DNA from: Squalus acanthias
Taxonomy: Eukaryota
Direction: 5' to 3'
DNA: 64,000 nucleotides
NCBI GenBank assembly: GCA_030390025.1
Contig: CM059432.1
Coordinates: forward strand, 17,610,001-17,674,000
Shown: positions 49,983-61,548 of the stretch, piece after piece
Layout of the letters: the number at the start of each line of letters is the position of its first letter
Numbering within the stretch: the stretch's first letter is position 1
Notes under the pieces: model-generated
The model's database searches: none
Seen by the model: the letters and a program-made list of their open reading frames with translations, nothing else
Told to the model about the DNA's origin: nothing
Translations under genes and position numbers: made by a program

Positions 49983-50517
49983 AATTAAATAAATCTGTTG
50001 GACTATAACCTGGTGTTGTGCGACTTCTCATTTTTGTCCACCCCAGTCCAACGCCGGCATCTCCACATCATGACCTCTATTAATAAAATAAGTATAGTTA
50101 AATAAATTAACCACTTTAAACAAAAAATTAAATTTTTGAAAAAATTTTAAATCTTTTTAAAAGTTATAAAAATAAACTTACCTTTCTTTAAAGTCTCTAA
50201 AAAAGATAAACCTGTTGAAAAAAATTTAAAATAACACTTAATTAACTACTTACCTTGTTAAAAGGGGGTCCTATGCCTGCTTTCTTTATGTGTAAAATCT
50301 TCACCACTTACCTGCGCGTTCAAAGCTGAAAAAAAAACTAAGTGCACTGCGTGCGCACAACCTGTAGCGCGCATGCGGTTCACTTAGGAACCGCCCCCTT
50401 TGCAATTCACGAAGTGCCGGTTTCCCGCGCATGCAGGAAACCGGCAATTCGGGATCTAATACGCGAGAGTACACAGTGCGTACTCTCGCGTATTAGGTTT
50501 AATTTTCGGGCCATTAT

Positions 50518-50966
50518 CATAGAAACATAGAAACTAGGAGCAGGAGTAGGCCATTCGGCCCGTCGAGCCTGCTCCACCATTCAATACGATCATGGCTGAT
50601 CATCCAAATCCAGTACCCTGTCCCTGCTTTCCCACACAGAATCCCCATCGAGCCTGCACCGACACATATCCCACCCTATCCCCGTAACCCCACGTATTTA
50701 ATTCCCCCTAACATATCCCATCCTATCCCCGTAACCCCACATATTTTATCCCCCCCTAACACTAAGGGTCAATTTATCATAGCCAAATCAACCTAACCCG
50801 CACATTTTTGGACTGTGGGAGGAAACCGGAGCACCCGGAGGAAACCCACGCAGACACGGGGAGAATGTGCAAACTCCACACAGACAGTCACCCGAGGCCG
50901 GATTCGATCCCGGGTCCCTGGCGCTGTGAGGCACCAGTGCTAACCACTATGCCACTGTGCCGCCCC
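50518..50966 (-). mobile_element. HE1-like V-SINE fused to a CR1 3' tail
   Basis: Minus strand: tRNA head GGCACAGTGGCATAGTGG...GGATCGAATCC, V-domain TGTGTGGAGTTTGCACATTCTCCCCGTGTCTGCGTGGGTTTCC, internal ~47-bp tandem duplication, CR1 tail. Confidence 0.85.
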
Positions 50967-51879
50967 ATTAAGTTTAGAGCAGTTATGGAAAAGGACAAGG
51001 AACAATAAAATGTGAAAATACTCAACTGGAGGAGAGTCAACTACATTGAGTTGAAAAGGGATCTGGCCCAGGTGGATTGGAATCAACGTTTGGCAGGTAA
51101 AACAGTAAATGAGCAATGGGAGGCCTTCAAAGAGATAGTTTGGGTATAGACTAGACACATTCCCACAAGGGGAGAACGGAAGGGCATCCAAAGCTAGAGC
51201 TCCCTGGATGACTAAGAAGTGTACGATAAATGTCAGGTTCATAATTCAGTAGAGAACCATGCTAAATACAAAAGGTACAGGGGAGAACTGAAAAAGGCAA
51301 TAAGAGGGGCAAAGAGAGTGTATGAGAATAAATTAGCAGATAACATAAAGGGGAACCCAAAAGTCTTTTATAAACATATAAATAGTAAAAGGGTAGTCAA
51401 AGGAAGGGTGGGGTCGATTAGGGACCAAAAAGGGACAATAGCCTAGATCCTTCCCACTGTTGGTAACCAGAATCAATGTTAATGCCACTGCCAATACTAA
51501 TGATTTTTAACTTGTCAAAAGTGATATAAAGATGCTACTGCCAAAACTCCTGGTTTATCCCTTTGCCTAGAGCTAGTTTCAGGAGCTATTGGTATGGTGC
51601 AGACCCTGTCTTCAGGGTACCCACTGTTCACTATGATAACAGATAAATCCTGATATCAATAAATAATTATCAAGTCTCACACTGTTCCTGATTCAGCAAG
51701 TCCTGGTATACCATATTCCTTTGCACTATATAAAACTGTCCGTAAGCAAGGTGCTTCCCTGTCCAGATTGTGCATATCTAACATGATATTTAAAATTCCA
51801 ACAAATTATGTTGATGACTGAAGACATTTTACTTTTCCCCCCAGAGGAATGGAAATGCCATTGAAATGATTGGAAATAG

Positions 51880-52041
51880 AGAGGGTAATTTTACCCCAAC
51901 GCGTCCAGCGGAAAACTGACGGGATCCGATCGGCCGCCCCATTTTACACCCAACCCGATTTCACTTTCCATGGAAGTCGACGGGCGGCCAATCCCATCCC
52001 ATCATTTTTCCACTGGGCGGGGTTATGTTGAAATTAATCCC
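51880..52041. mobile_element. Short palindromic MITE
   Basis: GGGTAATTTT...AAATTAATCCC with imperfect fold-back symmetry. Confidence 0.55.
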
Positions 52042-53189
52042 AGAGACTCATAAATTTTAGTGATGGCATAGTTCTGATAGCAGAACTACAGCCCACTCTT
52101 GTGGTGAAAAGGCCAGTCCCTGAGATCATAAGTCTTCATGTTGTGATCACCCTTCCTCCTAAAAAGACAGACTGACACACTCCCCTGTTATGATGAACTT
52201 TACTGGCAGAATTAAGCATCCAGGGTTTCAGGAGCCCAAATCAATCGGCGGTCTTCTCCAGTCAGACTCCTGAGGGAAAGAAGGGGACCGCAATCTGCTC
52301 TTTGGGTGCGCATTGTTCATTTAAATTGGTGCCACTCTATATAGTGCACGTTTTAAATGAGAAACCTAAGTGAAGGCCAAAGAGCAGGACACCTGGCAGA
52401 CTGAAATGAAGTGAGATAAATCATTAAGTATTGGCTTGGGCTTGAAAAGCCTGTATATGTCGGAGGAAGGGAAGAGTGAAGGTGGTGAGGGGCCCTACAG
52501 TTTGAAGATCCTGAGAAAAACGAGTAAGAGAGTGTTGGGCTATTGGGAGATGGGAGACACAAAATCAATGGCCATGCTCAGTGCGGTGGCTCAACATGTT
52601 AAGAGTCTGAGCGGATTACATCACAGAATGGAAGGATGCAAGTTCAATTTTGAATGGAGCCCAGACACTACTGCCTGCTGTGAAAGAGAGGGGAGATTGG
52701 ATGGAGGGTCTTCCAAAGTCACTCCAATGCTCCTGCTTGGGAGCCTGTTTTAGAGCAGCATTTATGGAAGAGGCCTTGGAGCAGATCATCTACCAACTCT
52801 CTTGGCTGGAGATGATGCTTGGGTCAGAACGGGTGCGATAAAAAAGGAAAAGGGAAACTAGATCTAAAGAAAATGAAGGTTAAACTCGCCTTAATCCCAA
52901 CCTGCACTGCTGGAGCCTCTCAACATTCTGCTGGAAGCTTTCTACACTTGGAGCACAAAGGTAAGTTATATTCCGAATATAATTGTACCTCGTATTAAAT
53001 AGAGTTTAGAAAAAAAAGAAAAATCTGTAGGTCAGACATTTATCTTCAATGCTCCAGAATTTAGAACAGAAGTCCAGCAGGAAATGAAGCAATACAGACT
53101 GCAGACAGTAGGAAGTTGGTGTAACCAGATTTCAAGGCTAACTTTTGATCATCAAACCATTCATACCTCACTCCAGCTCAGAGTTTTCC

Positions 53190-53224
53190 TTATTTTTTTG
53201 GTGCATTTCTCTCAGCAGTATTTG
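53190..53224 (-). CDS. Possible last coding exon of the unidentified gene (SNTAERNAPKK*)
   Basis: Acceptor TATTTTAG and phase-1 compatibility with 53726-53770. Short, so it could be chance. Confidence 0.3.
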
Positions 53225-53725
53225 CTAAAATAAGCACATTATTTCAACAAAATCAATGAGACATCTGCCTTAAAGAGGTACATTTTCGTGAAAAACGGTT
53301 TGTAAAATGCATGATGCAAGACAAATTGTGTCAGGTCATGTTACACATAGTGCTCAAATAACAACATCACACACTGCCATAATGCTTGTCTCTCTCATCA
53401 AATAAAAACAGATCTGCTAAGCACTTATACTTGTAGGTGATGCCCTTTAAACATACACAATAATCCCACAATGAATAAAAAATACATCACACTCTACTAC
53501 ACTTCATCAATGGTTACAAAGATACTGTTCCACTGATCAGTATTACTTGACAAGTAACTGTTTTCAACATGGTTGATGATCTTGAAAGGTGCAAGCTCCA
53601 CTGCGCTGGTTTCTCACATACGTCGTTGAGCAACATTGTAATCCATCTGGGCAGCACCTCATGATTTGGACGATACTGGGATTTGGCAAGTCAAGTGTGG
53701 CAGTTGATGCCAAAATCACACTTAC

Positions 53726-53770
53726 AGACCTTTGGTCTTCCTTCATACTGTAGCTGTATCAACACCAATC
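53726..53770 (-). CDS. Internal exon, 45 bp, phase 1-1 (GLVLIQLQYEGRPKV)
   Basis: Acceptor CTTTTGTATTGTTTAG, donor GTAAGT, open in frame with 54368-54565. Confidence 0.55.
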
Positions 53771-54367
53771 CTAAACAATACAAAAGGTCAAAACAGAAAT
53801 CTGTTTTCTATATAAAAGTGTACCTTTTATTGCAGCAACACCGCTAAAAATAACCACCTCTAATTTAATCTCTTGCAAGAGAGATTGTTCTCCCTCTTTT
53901 TGCTGATTGAGGATTGGTTGGCAATTGAAAAACAATGATGAAAAGAAACAGAAGAACAAATTTGTGCTGGGGAAGGGCGGTCATTTTCCTTGCACCGTTT
54001 CAGGTTTCCGTTCTTCTTCCTTCTTTCGGGCACATGGTTTTTGATGGTTTGAGGTCCATGTTGCAATCCATAAATTGTGAATGGCAATGACAGATGGAAG
54101 AGACTGGGCAAGTCCTGCTTACAGCTGGCAGTGGAAGGCAATATTTAGGCTATTGAAGAATGCTTGAGTTTAACCTGAGCATCTTCAATGTAACAATACG
54201 CCATTTCAGGCACCACACCGTGCTACATTTCCCATTCCACTCTGAGTCAATAAGCATAAATGCACAACGTCAGCCGCGTACGATCTTACAGCTGTGTGTG
54301 TAAGTGTGCTCTCGCTGTAAAAAGGGTCCGTTATGCTTTAATTTCTAGATCGTCTACGCAGAGATAC

Positions 54368-54565
54368 CATTCAAGATCTTGGCGTTCACCAGAACAGCAA
54401 AACGCTCTGTGTAGTTTGCATCCTCGTACTGAGAGGGATCCTTTTCAAACATACCAGCATCAGTCTGTCCTTTCATTGTTAAGTAACGAAGTGCCACGCT
54501 GTGCCAGTCAATAACATCTTCAATCTGCATCGGACCATTTTGTCGTATGCCTCTTAATAATCCAC
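54368..54565 (-). CDS. Internal exon, 198 bp, phase 1-1, unidentified protein (GGLLRGIRQNGPMQIEDVIDWHSVALRYL...VNAKILN)
   Basis: Acceptor CCCTTCTCCACAG, donor G|GTATCT, non-repetitive open frame. Read-through would end at stop 54354-54356. Confidence 0.65.
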
Positions 54566-54877
54566 CTGTGGAGAAGGGAATGTTGGAAGCAAATTTTATC
54601 ATAATCACACTTGTCTAAAATAAGAAATATTTTGCATTGGTACTTTGTTTTCAAACTTTGCATTATTACAAACGTTTTAGATTAGGTTTATGTCTATTTT
54701 TTCTTGACTGCTAACCGCCACTGTCATATATCTGAAAGCTCTTAAATTGGCCAGAAAATCAAGCCAAGCTCATTAAAATGTCACTTGCTTTGATTCATTT
54801 TCTTTCACTTTCCATTTGTCTCTCCTAGGCACATTCTATATTTATGTATTGTATCTTCATTGAGAAGGCTGTACTAT

Positions 54878-55771
54878 GGGGGAAAAATTCAGTTGGTTGC
54901 GCCTCCCGTTAGCGCCTTAAGAGGGCGCTAATGGGGCGCAAAGCAACTCGCGCCCGGGCGCGGCGATGTTTGCGCCGCTCGCGAAATTAACAAGACATTT
55001 TGCGGCGGCGCTAAACACTACCGCCACGATCTCCTGCGCCGGCAGATCGTGACGTCAGTCGAGTGCGCAATGCCCCAGTAGCGCCTGGAGCGGATATTGA
55101 GTGGCGCCCCCTGCCTTACCGCCTGCCGCTAGCAACGACAGGTTGAGGGGAGCATTTTGCAGTCAGGAAGGGACTGGGGGAGCGCTATTTAAAGGCGACC
55201 GCTTCCTGCCTTTTATTGTTGGTGACATTTTTGAACCACGCATTCTGAGAGAGAGAGAGAGAGAGACTTCTGAAAAGATTCAACGCTGTGTGAAGGAGTT
55301 TTGGGTACTGAGCAGCAATTTGCAGGTTCATTTTGATTTGCCCTTCCTTGCATCGATTTAGAAGAGACTGTGGGGGCTGCTCTCTGAGCTCTTTCCCTGG
55401 ACTCTCCATTGTTCTTTCCAGAAGATTTGATGTACAAGTCTCTCCAGGCCGAGATTCAAGGCTGCAATGAGCAGGATATGGATGGAAAGCAAGATCAACC
55501 CTCCCCTTTAAGAACTGGCCGGCGCCATTGTGTGTGTGTTCCATTGCTGACTGACATCACATGAGCTTTGCCAGCGCTCTGAGGTAGTGCCTCGCTCCTC
55601 GGCCTTTGCGCCTTAAGACAGGTGTGAAGCGCCTGATTTAGCGCTCCAATCACCTCCAGGGGCGATAAAAGTCAAGTTTGCAGTCGGAGGTGATAATTAG
55701 CGCCAGGCGCTAATCTTTGCGCCTGGCCGACAATTGCGCCCCAAATGGGGCGATACTGAATTTCTCCCCCC
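54878..55771. mobile_element. Harbinger-type MITE
   Basis: TIR GGGGAAAAATTCAGT / ACTGAATTTCTCCCC, CpG-rich arms with repeated (T)AGCGCC motifs. Confidence 0.75.
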
Positions 55772-56085
55772 TTGTCTCTTATCCAATTGCTCCCCAGAAT
55801 TCAAGTCCAGACAGGTAGATCCTGTTTTCAATGTATTCCTGAGTGGCAACGACCTTTTTATAGATATCTCCCTCACCATAATAAGTGCATTTGTTCAAAT
55901 GTAGTTATTTCTTTCAATGAAAAGTTGAGGAAAAAGGAAATCTTGCAATATAAAGTAACTATTCTCTTATGTATGTCACACTGAAACAATATCTACCATT
56001 AGCCAGATGATGAGACAGAGGCAGGCATTTGAATGAAGCAGACATGCCTTACTAATGGGGAGCAAGAGGTGTGTTCTGACACCAT

Positions 56086-56255
56086 GGGGTAGAAATTCAC
56101 TTTGCGGGGTCACGCAAAATAGGCGATATCGAATCGGCCACCCATTATTCTCCCCGACTGATATTCAGTTCCATTGACTTCAATTGAGCTGACTATCAAG
56201 CGGGGGCGTATAACAGGTGTCTGATGCAATACTGCCTAAGACCAATTTCTGCCCC
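56086..56255. mobile_element. Short palindromic MITE
   Basis: GGGGTAGAAATT / AATTTCTGCCCC. Confidence 0.6.
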
Positions 56256-56670
56256 AAGTCTTGTATGCTTTTATGTTCCACATATCGAATGGGAATGAGC
56301 TTACCCTGAAATCTCTCTCAGATCAGTTTCTGTTGACAAAGATCGAGGTGAAACCCAACAGAAAGAGAAGCTACAGCATCCAAACATTTAGTGTGCATGG
56401 AGTAGCTATGCAGAATGCAATGTTGGTTTGCGGTTGCCCTCTGTGCCAACCCCCGTGCTCGCTATCAATGGCATGTGCCTGCTTCAAAGCTGTTTCATTC
56501 TGATGTCTTTCTTCGGCCTTGTAGAGTAGCCCTTCAATTGCTAATTATTTTTCCAAGTGTCGGCCCAATTTCAAACCTAATCTAACATAACCTGTGCCAT
56601 CCTCTATCCCCTTAAAATTGATACATGACTAACATTGGTATTTCCAGACAAAAGCAAACTGCTAAAGCAC

Positions 56671-56823
56671 CTTCGGGAGAGACTTGTGTTGTTCTCTTTG
56701 AGGTGTTTCGTATCCAACCAACAGATGTATGTGCCAACATGTCAATAGAGCGTGTATCCGATATAGTGTCAAGGTTATCTTCTTCATTCATCAACTCCCT
56801 GCCCTCTGTGGAGCACAGCTTAC
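56671..56823 (-). CDS. Internal exon, 153 bp, phase 1-1 (KLCSTEGRELMNEEDNLDTISDTRSIDMLAHTSVGWIRNTSKRTTQVSPE)
   Basis: Poly-T tract plus CCCGTAG acceptor, donor AAG|GTGCTT, in frame with the next exon. Confidence 0.6.
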
Positions 56824-57054
56824 CTACGGGTTAAGACAAAAAAAAACATATCATGGTCTTAAAGTCAAAACTGTGCAGTCTTGAAAATGTGACTTGGTTA
56901 TCTTTATTTGAGGAGAAGGTAGGTATGGTGAGTACTGTCAATGGGCAATAAAGCAGCACTTATCTTTGCCTACAATAAAAACAGAAAATGAAATATAGGT
57001 CAGTCTGAAACAGAAAAGATGGGTTAATGTTTCAGGTCTGTTCTGAAAAACATT

Positions 57055-57239
57055 GGGGGTGAAATTTGACTTGGGTGGGACACAAAACGGGCGGTATCGC
57101 ATCTGTCGCCCATTATACGCCCCGCTCGATATTAAGTTCTATTGAAGTCACTGGAACTAAATATTGGACGGGACGTGTAACAGGCGCCAGATGCGATACC
57201 GCTCGTTTTGCGTTCCCGCCCATGTCAAATTTCACCCCT
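57055..57239. mobile_element. Fold-back MITE inserted in a decayed PLE pseudo-LTR pair
   Basis: GGGGTGAAATTTGAC...GTCAAATTTCACCCC, symmetric throughout, TSD ATT. Confidence 0.8.
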
Positions 57240-57789
57240 ATTATACCTGAAATGTGAACTTTTCTCTCTTTTTCAGATGTTGATTGAGCTGCTGTGTATT
57301 TCCAACACTTTCTGATTTTATTTCAGATTTGTGCGGGGGGGATGGGGGGGAGGATTTTAACCGAACCCATCAGGATGAAGCGGACTAGTGTGCGCTTTTT
57401 CAGGAGGGAGTGATGACAGGAGCGAACAATGTCTGAGGAAAGGCAACAGTTGAAGTTATCAGTGAGAATTGGGCCGACGACAGGCAGTTGAGTGGTTAAG
57501 AGCTGGGTTAGGGGTTGGGGGTTGAGAGGGCAAAGTTGAAGGCATCAACCTCCTAGTTGTAGAAGGTGATGAGTCAGATTAGGGCAGGATGGAATACCGT
57601 GGAGAAGTTCCAGAGTGTTGTGGGGTCAGGGCTAAGGTGAGGACAGGGTTGGTGCAGACAACTGATTTAGGAGAGTTAATAGGGTAGGTGGAGGCTGAGA
57701 TAGTTGAATGGATAATCTCAATTTTGGAGATGACAGAAAGCAAATTAACTCTGTGCACTGGACATCAGAGGTGTGAATGGAAGGAAGGG

Positions 57790-58095
57790 AAGTGGAACAT
57801 TTTGAAGTGCCGGCACAATTCTTTTGTAGACAAACGTGGCAGCCAATTTGCACAGAGCAAGGCCCCACAAACAGCAATGAGATCAATGACAATTTAATCT
57901 GTTTTAATGATGTTGGTTGAGGGATGAATGTTAGCCAGTTCATCGGAAGAAGTCCTTGCTCTTCTTCAAATAGTGTCTGGGATCTTTTACATTTAGCTGA
58001 ACGGGCCTTGGTTTGTGTCCCATCCAAGGATGGCACTGAAGTATCAGCCTACATTATATCCTCAGGTAATGGAGTGGTAATGGGCTTGAACCCAC
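57790..58095 (-). mobile_element. Old Deu-domain SINE
   Basis: GGCAGCCAATTTGCACAGAGCAAGGCCCCACAAACAGCAATG matches the family. Confidence 0.7.
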
Positions 58096-58527
58096 CCTTT
58101 GGACTCAGTGGCGAGAGTTCTACCAATCTACAGTTAGTGATAGAGGAGATAGACTAGAAATTCTGGTAGTGTGAAGTGCAGAGGGGGTGAGGGGGGCTTC
58201 TGCCCGCCTGTCTGGCCTCACCTTTACCCGATCAAAATTCCTGGAGATGGGGGACAATTAAATATCGTGGGGTGGGCACCACTAGTACTATTGAGGTGTG
58301 TACCTCACGGCCATGGACTCGGAAGAATTTCATAGCAACATCTTGCCATTCTGTTGGGAGGGGGGGACACAGGACAATTTGGCTAAAGATTTAAAAGCCT
58401 CAAATTCCTTTACATGCTGCTCCCCTACTGATGAGCCCTATTTTTAAACAACATTCGATGGCTCTTGGGCCGTTTGCTATTTGCATATGGTATTTTGGGG
58501 CCCCAGTACAAACCTGTATGGAAAATA

Positions 58528-58672
58528 TATTGAGCACACTATGGAGCTATTGAAGCATAAGTTTCAGGTGCCCGGCTAACTCTGGAGGCTGCCTATAATA
58601 TGCCCCAGACAAAGTCTCCCGCCACATTGTTGTGTGCTGCATGTTGCTCAACATGGCAATACAGAGAGGATC
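58528..58672 (+). pseudogene. Harbinger transposase C-terminal remnant
   Basis: IEHTMELLK...SGGCL*YAPDKVSRHIVVCCMLLNMAIQRG parallels 25378-25515. Confidence 0.65.
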
Positions 58673-58861
58673 GTATTTAAAGGAGGCAGAGTAACAGCAA
58701 CTGTCATCATTTGACGAGGAAGATTTGGGTAAAGGTGAAGTAGTAGGGCCAACGCAACTAGGCCAGGGATCAGTTAATAGCACAATGCTTCCGGTGACCC
58801 GCTCATTCCCCTCTCCTGAAAAGTTACACAAAACCGCTCGATGTTAACAGTCTTTTTTAAT

Positions 58862-58960
58862 TTATTCATTCATGGGATGTGGGCGTCACTGGCAAGATGA
58901 GCATTTATTGCCCATCCCTAATTGCCCTTGAGAAGGTGGTGGTGAGCTGCCTTCGTGAAC
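58862..58960 (-). mobile_element. LINE 3' tail, same family as 10187-10485
   Basis: Reverse complement: CACCACCACCTTCTCAAGGGCAATTAGGGATGGGCAATAAATGC. Confidence 0.7.
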
Positions 58961-58999
58961 CTCTTGTTACCTCCTCGCTTTAATCCTGTATCAAATAAC

Positions 59000-60745
59000 T
59001 TTGAAACCATTCAGGCAACTTTTATGTCAATGGCGTAGTGAAAATGCAGACTCAGAAGTTGCTATGAAAAGGCACTGCAGACCAAAGTGACCAATATCAG
59101 AAGGTAAGTAATTTAATTACAAGATTGACTTGAACTTCATTGAGAAGATGGATGACCTGGATGTCAATTGTGGCATGATGACATTGCATGAGTTGAGATC
59201 TCCCATAGTTAACTTAAAGAAGGACAAGTCACCCAGAGAGCATCAAAGAAAGTGGAGATGAAAACGTGATTACCATCCTGTATCGATTTAACTGAGTGCG
59301 GGCAAAAGAAGTAATACCAAAAGTTTGGACAAAACAAATCAATGCCAAGCTTCCCAAGACGTGGGGCAGAAGAGATTGTATCAAGTCGTGTGGGATTACA
59401 TCACTCTTCTGTACCATTATCAAAAGTCATTGAAGGCAGAGCCCAAGAAGAGCAAGCTGTTTTTTTGCCAGAACAGAGCTTGCACGACTAGATCTTTACT
59501 CTTCGTAATATTATTAAGCAAAGCAAAGAATGGCAGTTACCAGGGGTGCTGAATTTTGTTAACTTTCAGAAGCCATTTGACAATAGTGTTGTCAGAAATT
59601 CACTATCTCAGACTCTTGAAGTGTATGGGTTACCTAGGAGAGTCTTCAGCATCATCAAGATTCTGCATCAAGAAGCGCAGTGTGTGGTAAGACAGTCAGC
59701 CATCCGATGGGTTTAATTAATAACCGGTGTCACACAAGGCTGATTCTTGTCCCATACACTTTTTGGCGTTGTGATTGATTTTGTAATGAGACCTGGTATT
59801 AAATCAGGCATTGCATGGACCAGTTGGGGATCTAGAATTTGCAGATGACATCTGCCTCATTAATAAAGATATAGAAGCCATGCGAAGAAAGACAAACAAT
59901 CTCGCAGACACAGCCAGAAAAGCTGAGTTATAATCAACGGTGCAAAAACCCAGCTTATGACAGTTAATGTTGATGAAGAAATACACCCGGAAGGTGAATG
60001 ACTTCAAACTGCGCATTCTTTCACCTACTTAGGCAGTGTGGTTCAAGACGATGGAGCCTGGATGTCTGATGTCAAAGCTCGCACTGGAAAAGCTAGTGGA
60101 GCTTTTCAATCGCTTCACTCAATCTGGAAATCTAGAGGTGAAGCTAGATGAGTAAATGAGGGAGACAGGAATAGAAGGATATGCTGATAGGGTTGGATGA
60201 AGTAGGGTGGGAGGAGGCTCATTTAGAGCATAGACCAGTTGGGCCGAATGGACGGTTTCTGTGCTGTAAATTCTATGTAAATCAAATGTGATTGAAGTAA
60301 AAACAAAGTTGAGAATTTGTGGAGCAATGTGCTGGCTCTGCTGCTATCAGAAACATGGTGCTCTAACATCCAAAAGAAGCTTAGCAGCTCCCATTGTAGA
60401 AACCTGTGGTGCCTCTAACTTCAGATGGTTTAACAAAGTGATGAATCAAAGTGTACGTCAGAGAGACTATTAGATGCCACCACTGATTATAACAGTCAGG
60501 AAGAGCAGATGAACCTACACTGGTCACATTCTGAGAATGCCGGACGCAAGGATCCCTAAGCAAACATGGGAATGGAGGCCACGAAGAAAAAGAGCTGGAG
60601 GTTGATCAAGAGGAACTCTATCTGACACAACAGCAACAGACACTGCTGACGTGCACTTGCAAGTATGTGAGCTCGAGGCAAGTCAGAATTGGATAGCATC
60701 CATCGGTGCCTCACCGGCACGAGATGAATGATGATGATGATGATG
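59000..60745 (+). mobile_element. Degenerate RTE-clade LINE with a CR1 tail inserted at ~60135-60280
   Basis: IFTLRNIIKQSKEWQLP.VLNFVNFQKPFD, TGVTQG, DLEFADDICL, FTYLGSVV and a (TGA)n tail. Confidence 0.8.
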
Positions 60746-60869
60746 GGAAGAAAGTAGGGCTCAAAGAGGTGCCAGGTTGGAGGGTTTGGTAATGTGTGCA
60801 GGATAAAATGAAATTAAAATTGCTGGGAAGGGAAATCACCTCAGCTCAACATTCATTGTGGTCTGTGGA

Positions 60870-61390
60870 AACAACAACTTGTATTTATATAGCACCTTTA
60901 ACTTAGTAAAACGTCCCAAGATGCTTCACAGGAGTATTACAAGTCAAAAAATTTGACACGAAACAACATAAGGAGAAATTAGGGAGCTGACCAAAAGCTT
61001 GGTCAAAGAGGTAGGTTTTAAGGAGCGTCTTAAAGGAGGAAAGAGAGGTAGCGAGGCGGAGAGGTGTAGGCAGGGAATTCCAGAGCTTATGGCCTAGGCA
61101 ACAGAAGGCACGGCCACCGATGGTTGAGCGATTATAATCAGGGATGCTCAAGAGGGCAGAATTAGGGGAGCGCAGATATCTCGGGGGATTGTGGGGCTGG
61201 AGGAGATTGCAGAGGTAGGGAGGGATTTGAAAACATGGATGAGAATTTTGAAATCGAGGCGTTGCTTAACCGGGAGCCAATGTAGGTCAGCGAGCACAGG
61301 GGTGATGGGCAAACAGGACTTGGTGCGAGTTAGAACACGGGCAGCCGAGTTTTGGATCACCTCAGGTTCACGTAGGGTGGAATGTGGGAG
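60870..61390 (-). mobile_element. L2-type LINE 3' fragment
   Basis: IQNSAARVLTRT...ITPVLADLHWLPVKQRLDFKIL...FKTLLKTYLF. Confidence 0.9.
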
Positions 61391-61548
61391 CCTACATATG
61401 TAGAATTAGGTCATTTGAAAATGAAAAAAGATTGTGTTTTTTCAGAATTCATGGTTTTTTTTATGAAAGTGATATACATTTGCTGGACTCTTCCTCAACA
61501 AATGTTCAAAATTTTGCACATCTGGGTGTTTAAAGTGGCCTCTTTTAC

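Larger units (their letters stand above)
49579..50080. mobile_element. PLE family A insertion forming a 195-bp inverted repeat
   Basis: Arms 49579-49773 and 49834-50028 with a 60-bp spacer. Duplication ATTAATAAAATAAG at 49567-49580 and 50079-50092. Confidence 0.9.
49249..50512. mobile_element. Structured MITE, diverged copy 3, containing a PLE insertion
   Basis: TIR GGCCCAGAAATTAA / TTAATTTTCGGGCC, TSD ATT, colinear with copies 1-2. Confidence 0.85.
47638..51440 (+). mobile_element. CR1 LINE 5' part (ORF1 end, AP endonuclease) with nested insertions
   Basis: YDIVAITETWL, IPGYRVFRK, GDFNYPN|IDWEN, LDLVLGNE, EHLGSSKHI|I|IKFR, NPKVFYKHI rejoin when the inserts are removed. Confidence 0.9.

Noticed and set aside
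50900..50966. tRNA genes (also 5265-5325 and 62219-62300)
   Set aside because: Only A/B boxes of SINE heads are present; there is no complete cloverleaf.
52440..52830. Possible remnant of a Harbinger Myb-gene C-terminal exon
   Set aside because: Similarity (HRMEG vs QRMEE) is too short to support.
53860..54141. 93-aa minus-strand ORF between exons
   Set aside because: No convincing in-frame splice sites; treated as intronic.
54368..54565. Tudor-SN-like assignment of the exon peptide
   Set aside because: The resemblance is only a loose pattern (L.GI...W..A; F..LV..K.L), too weak to name a gene.
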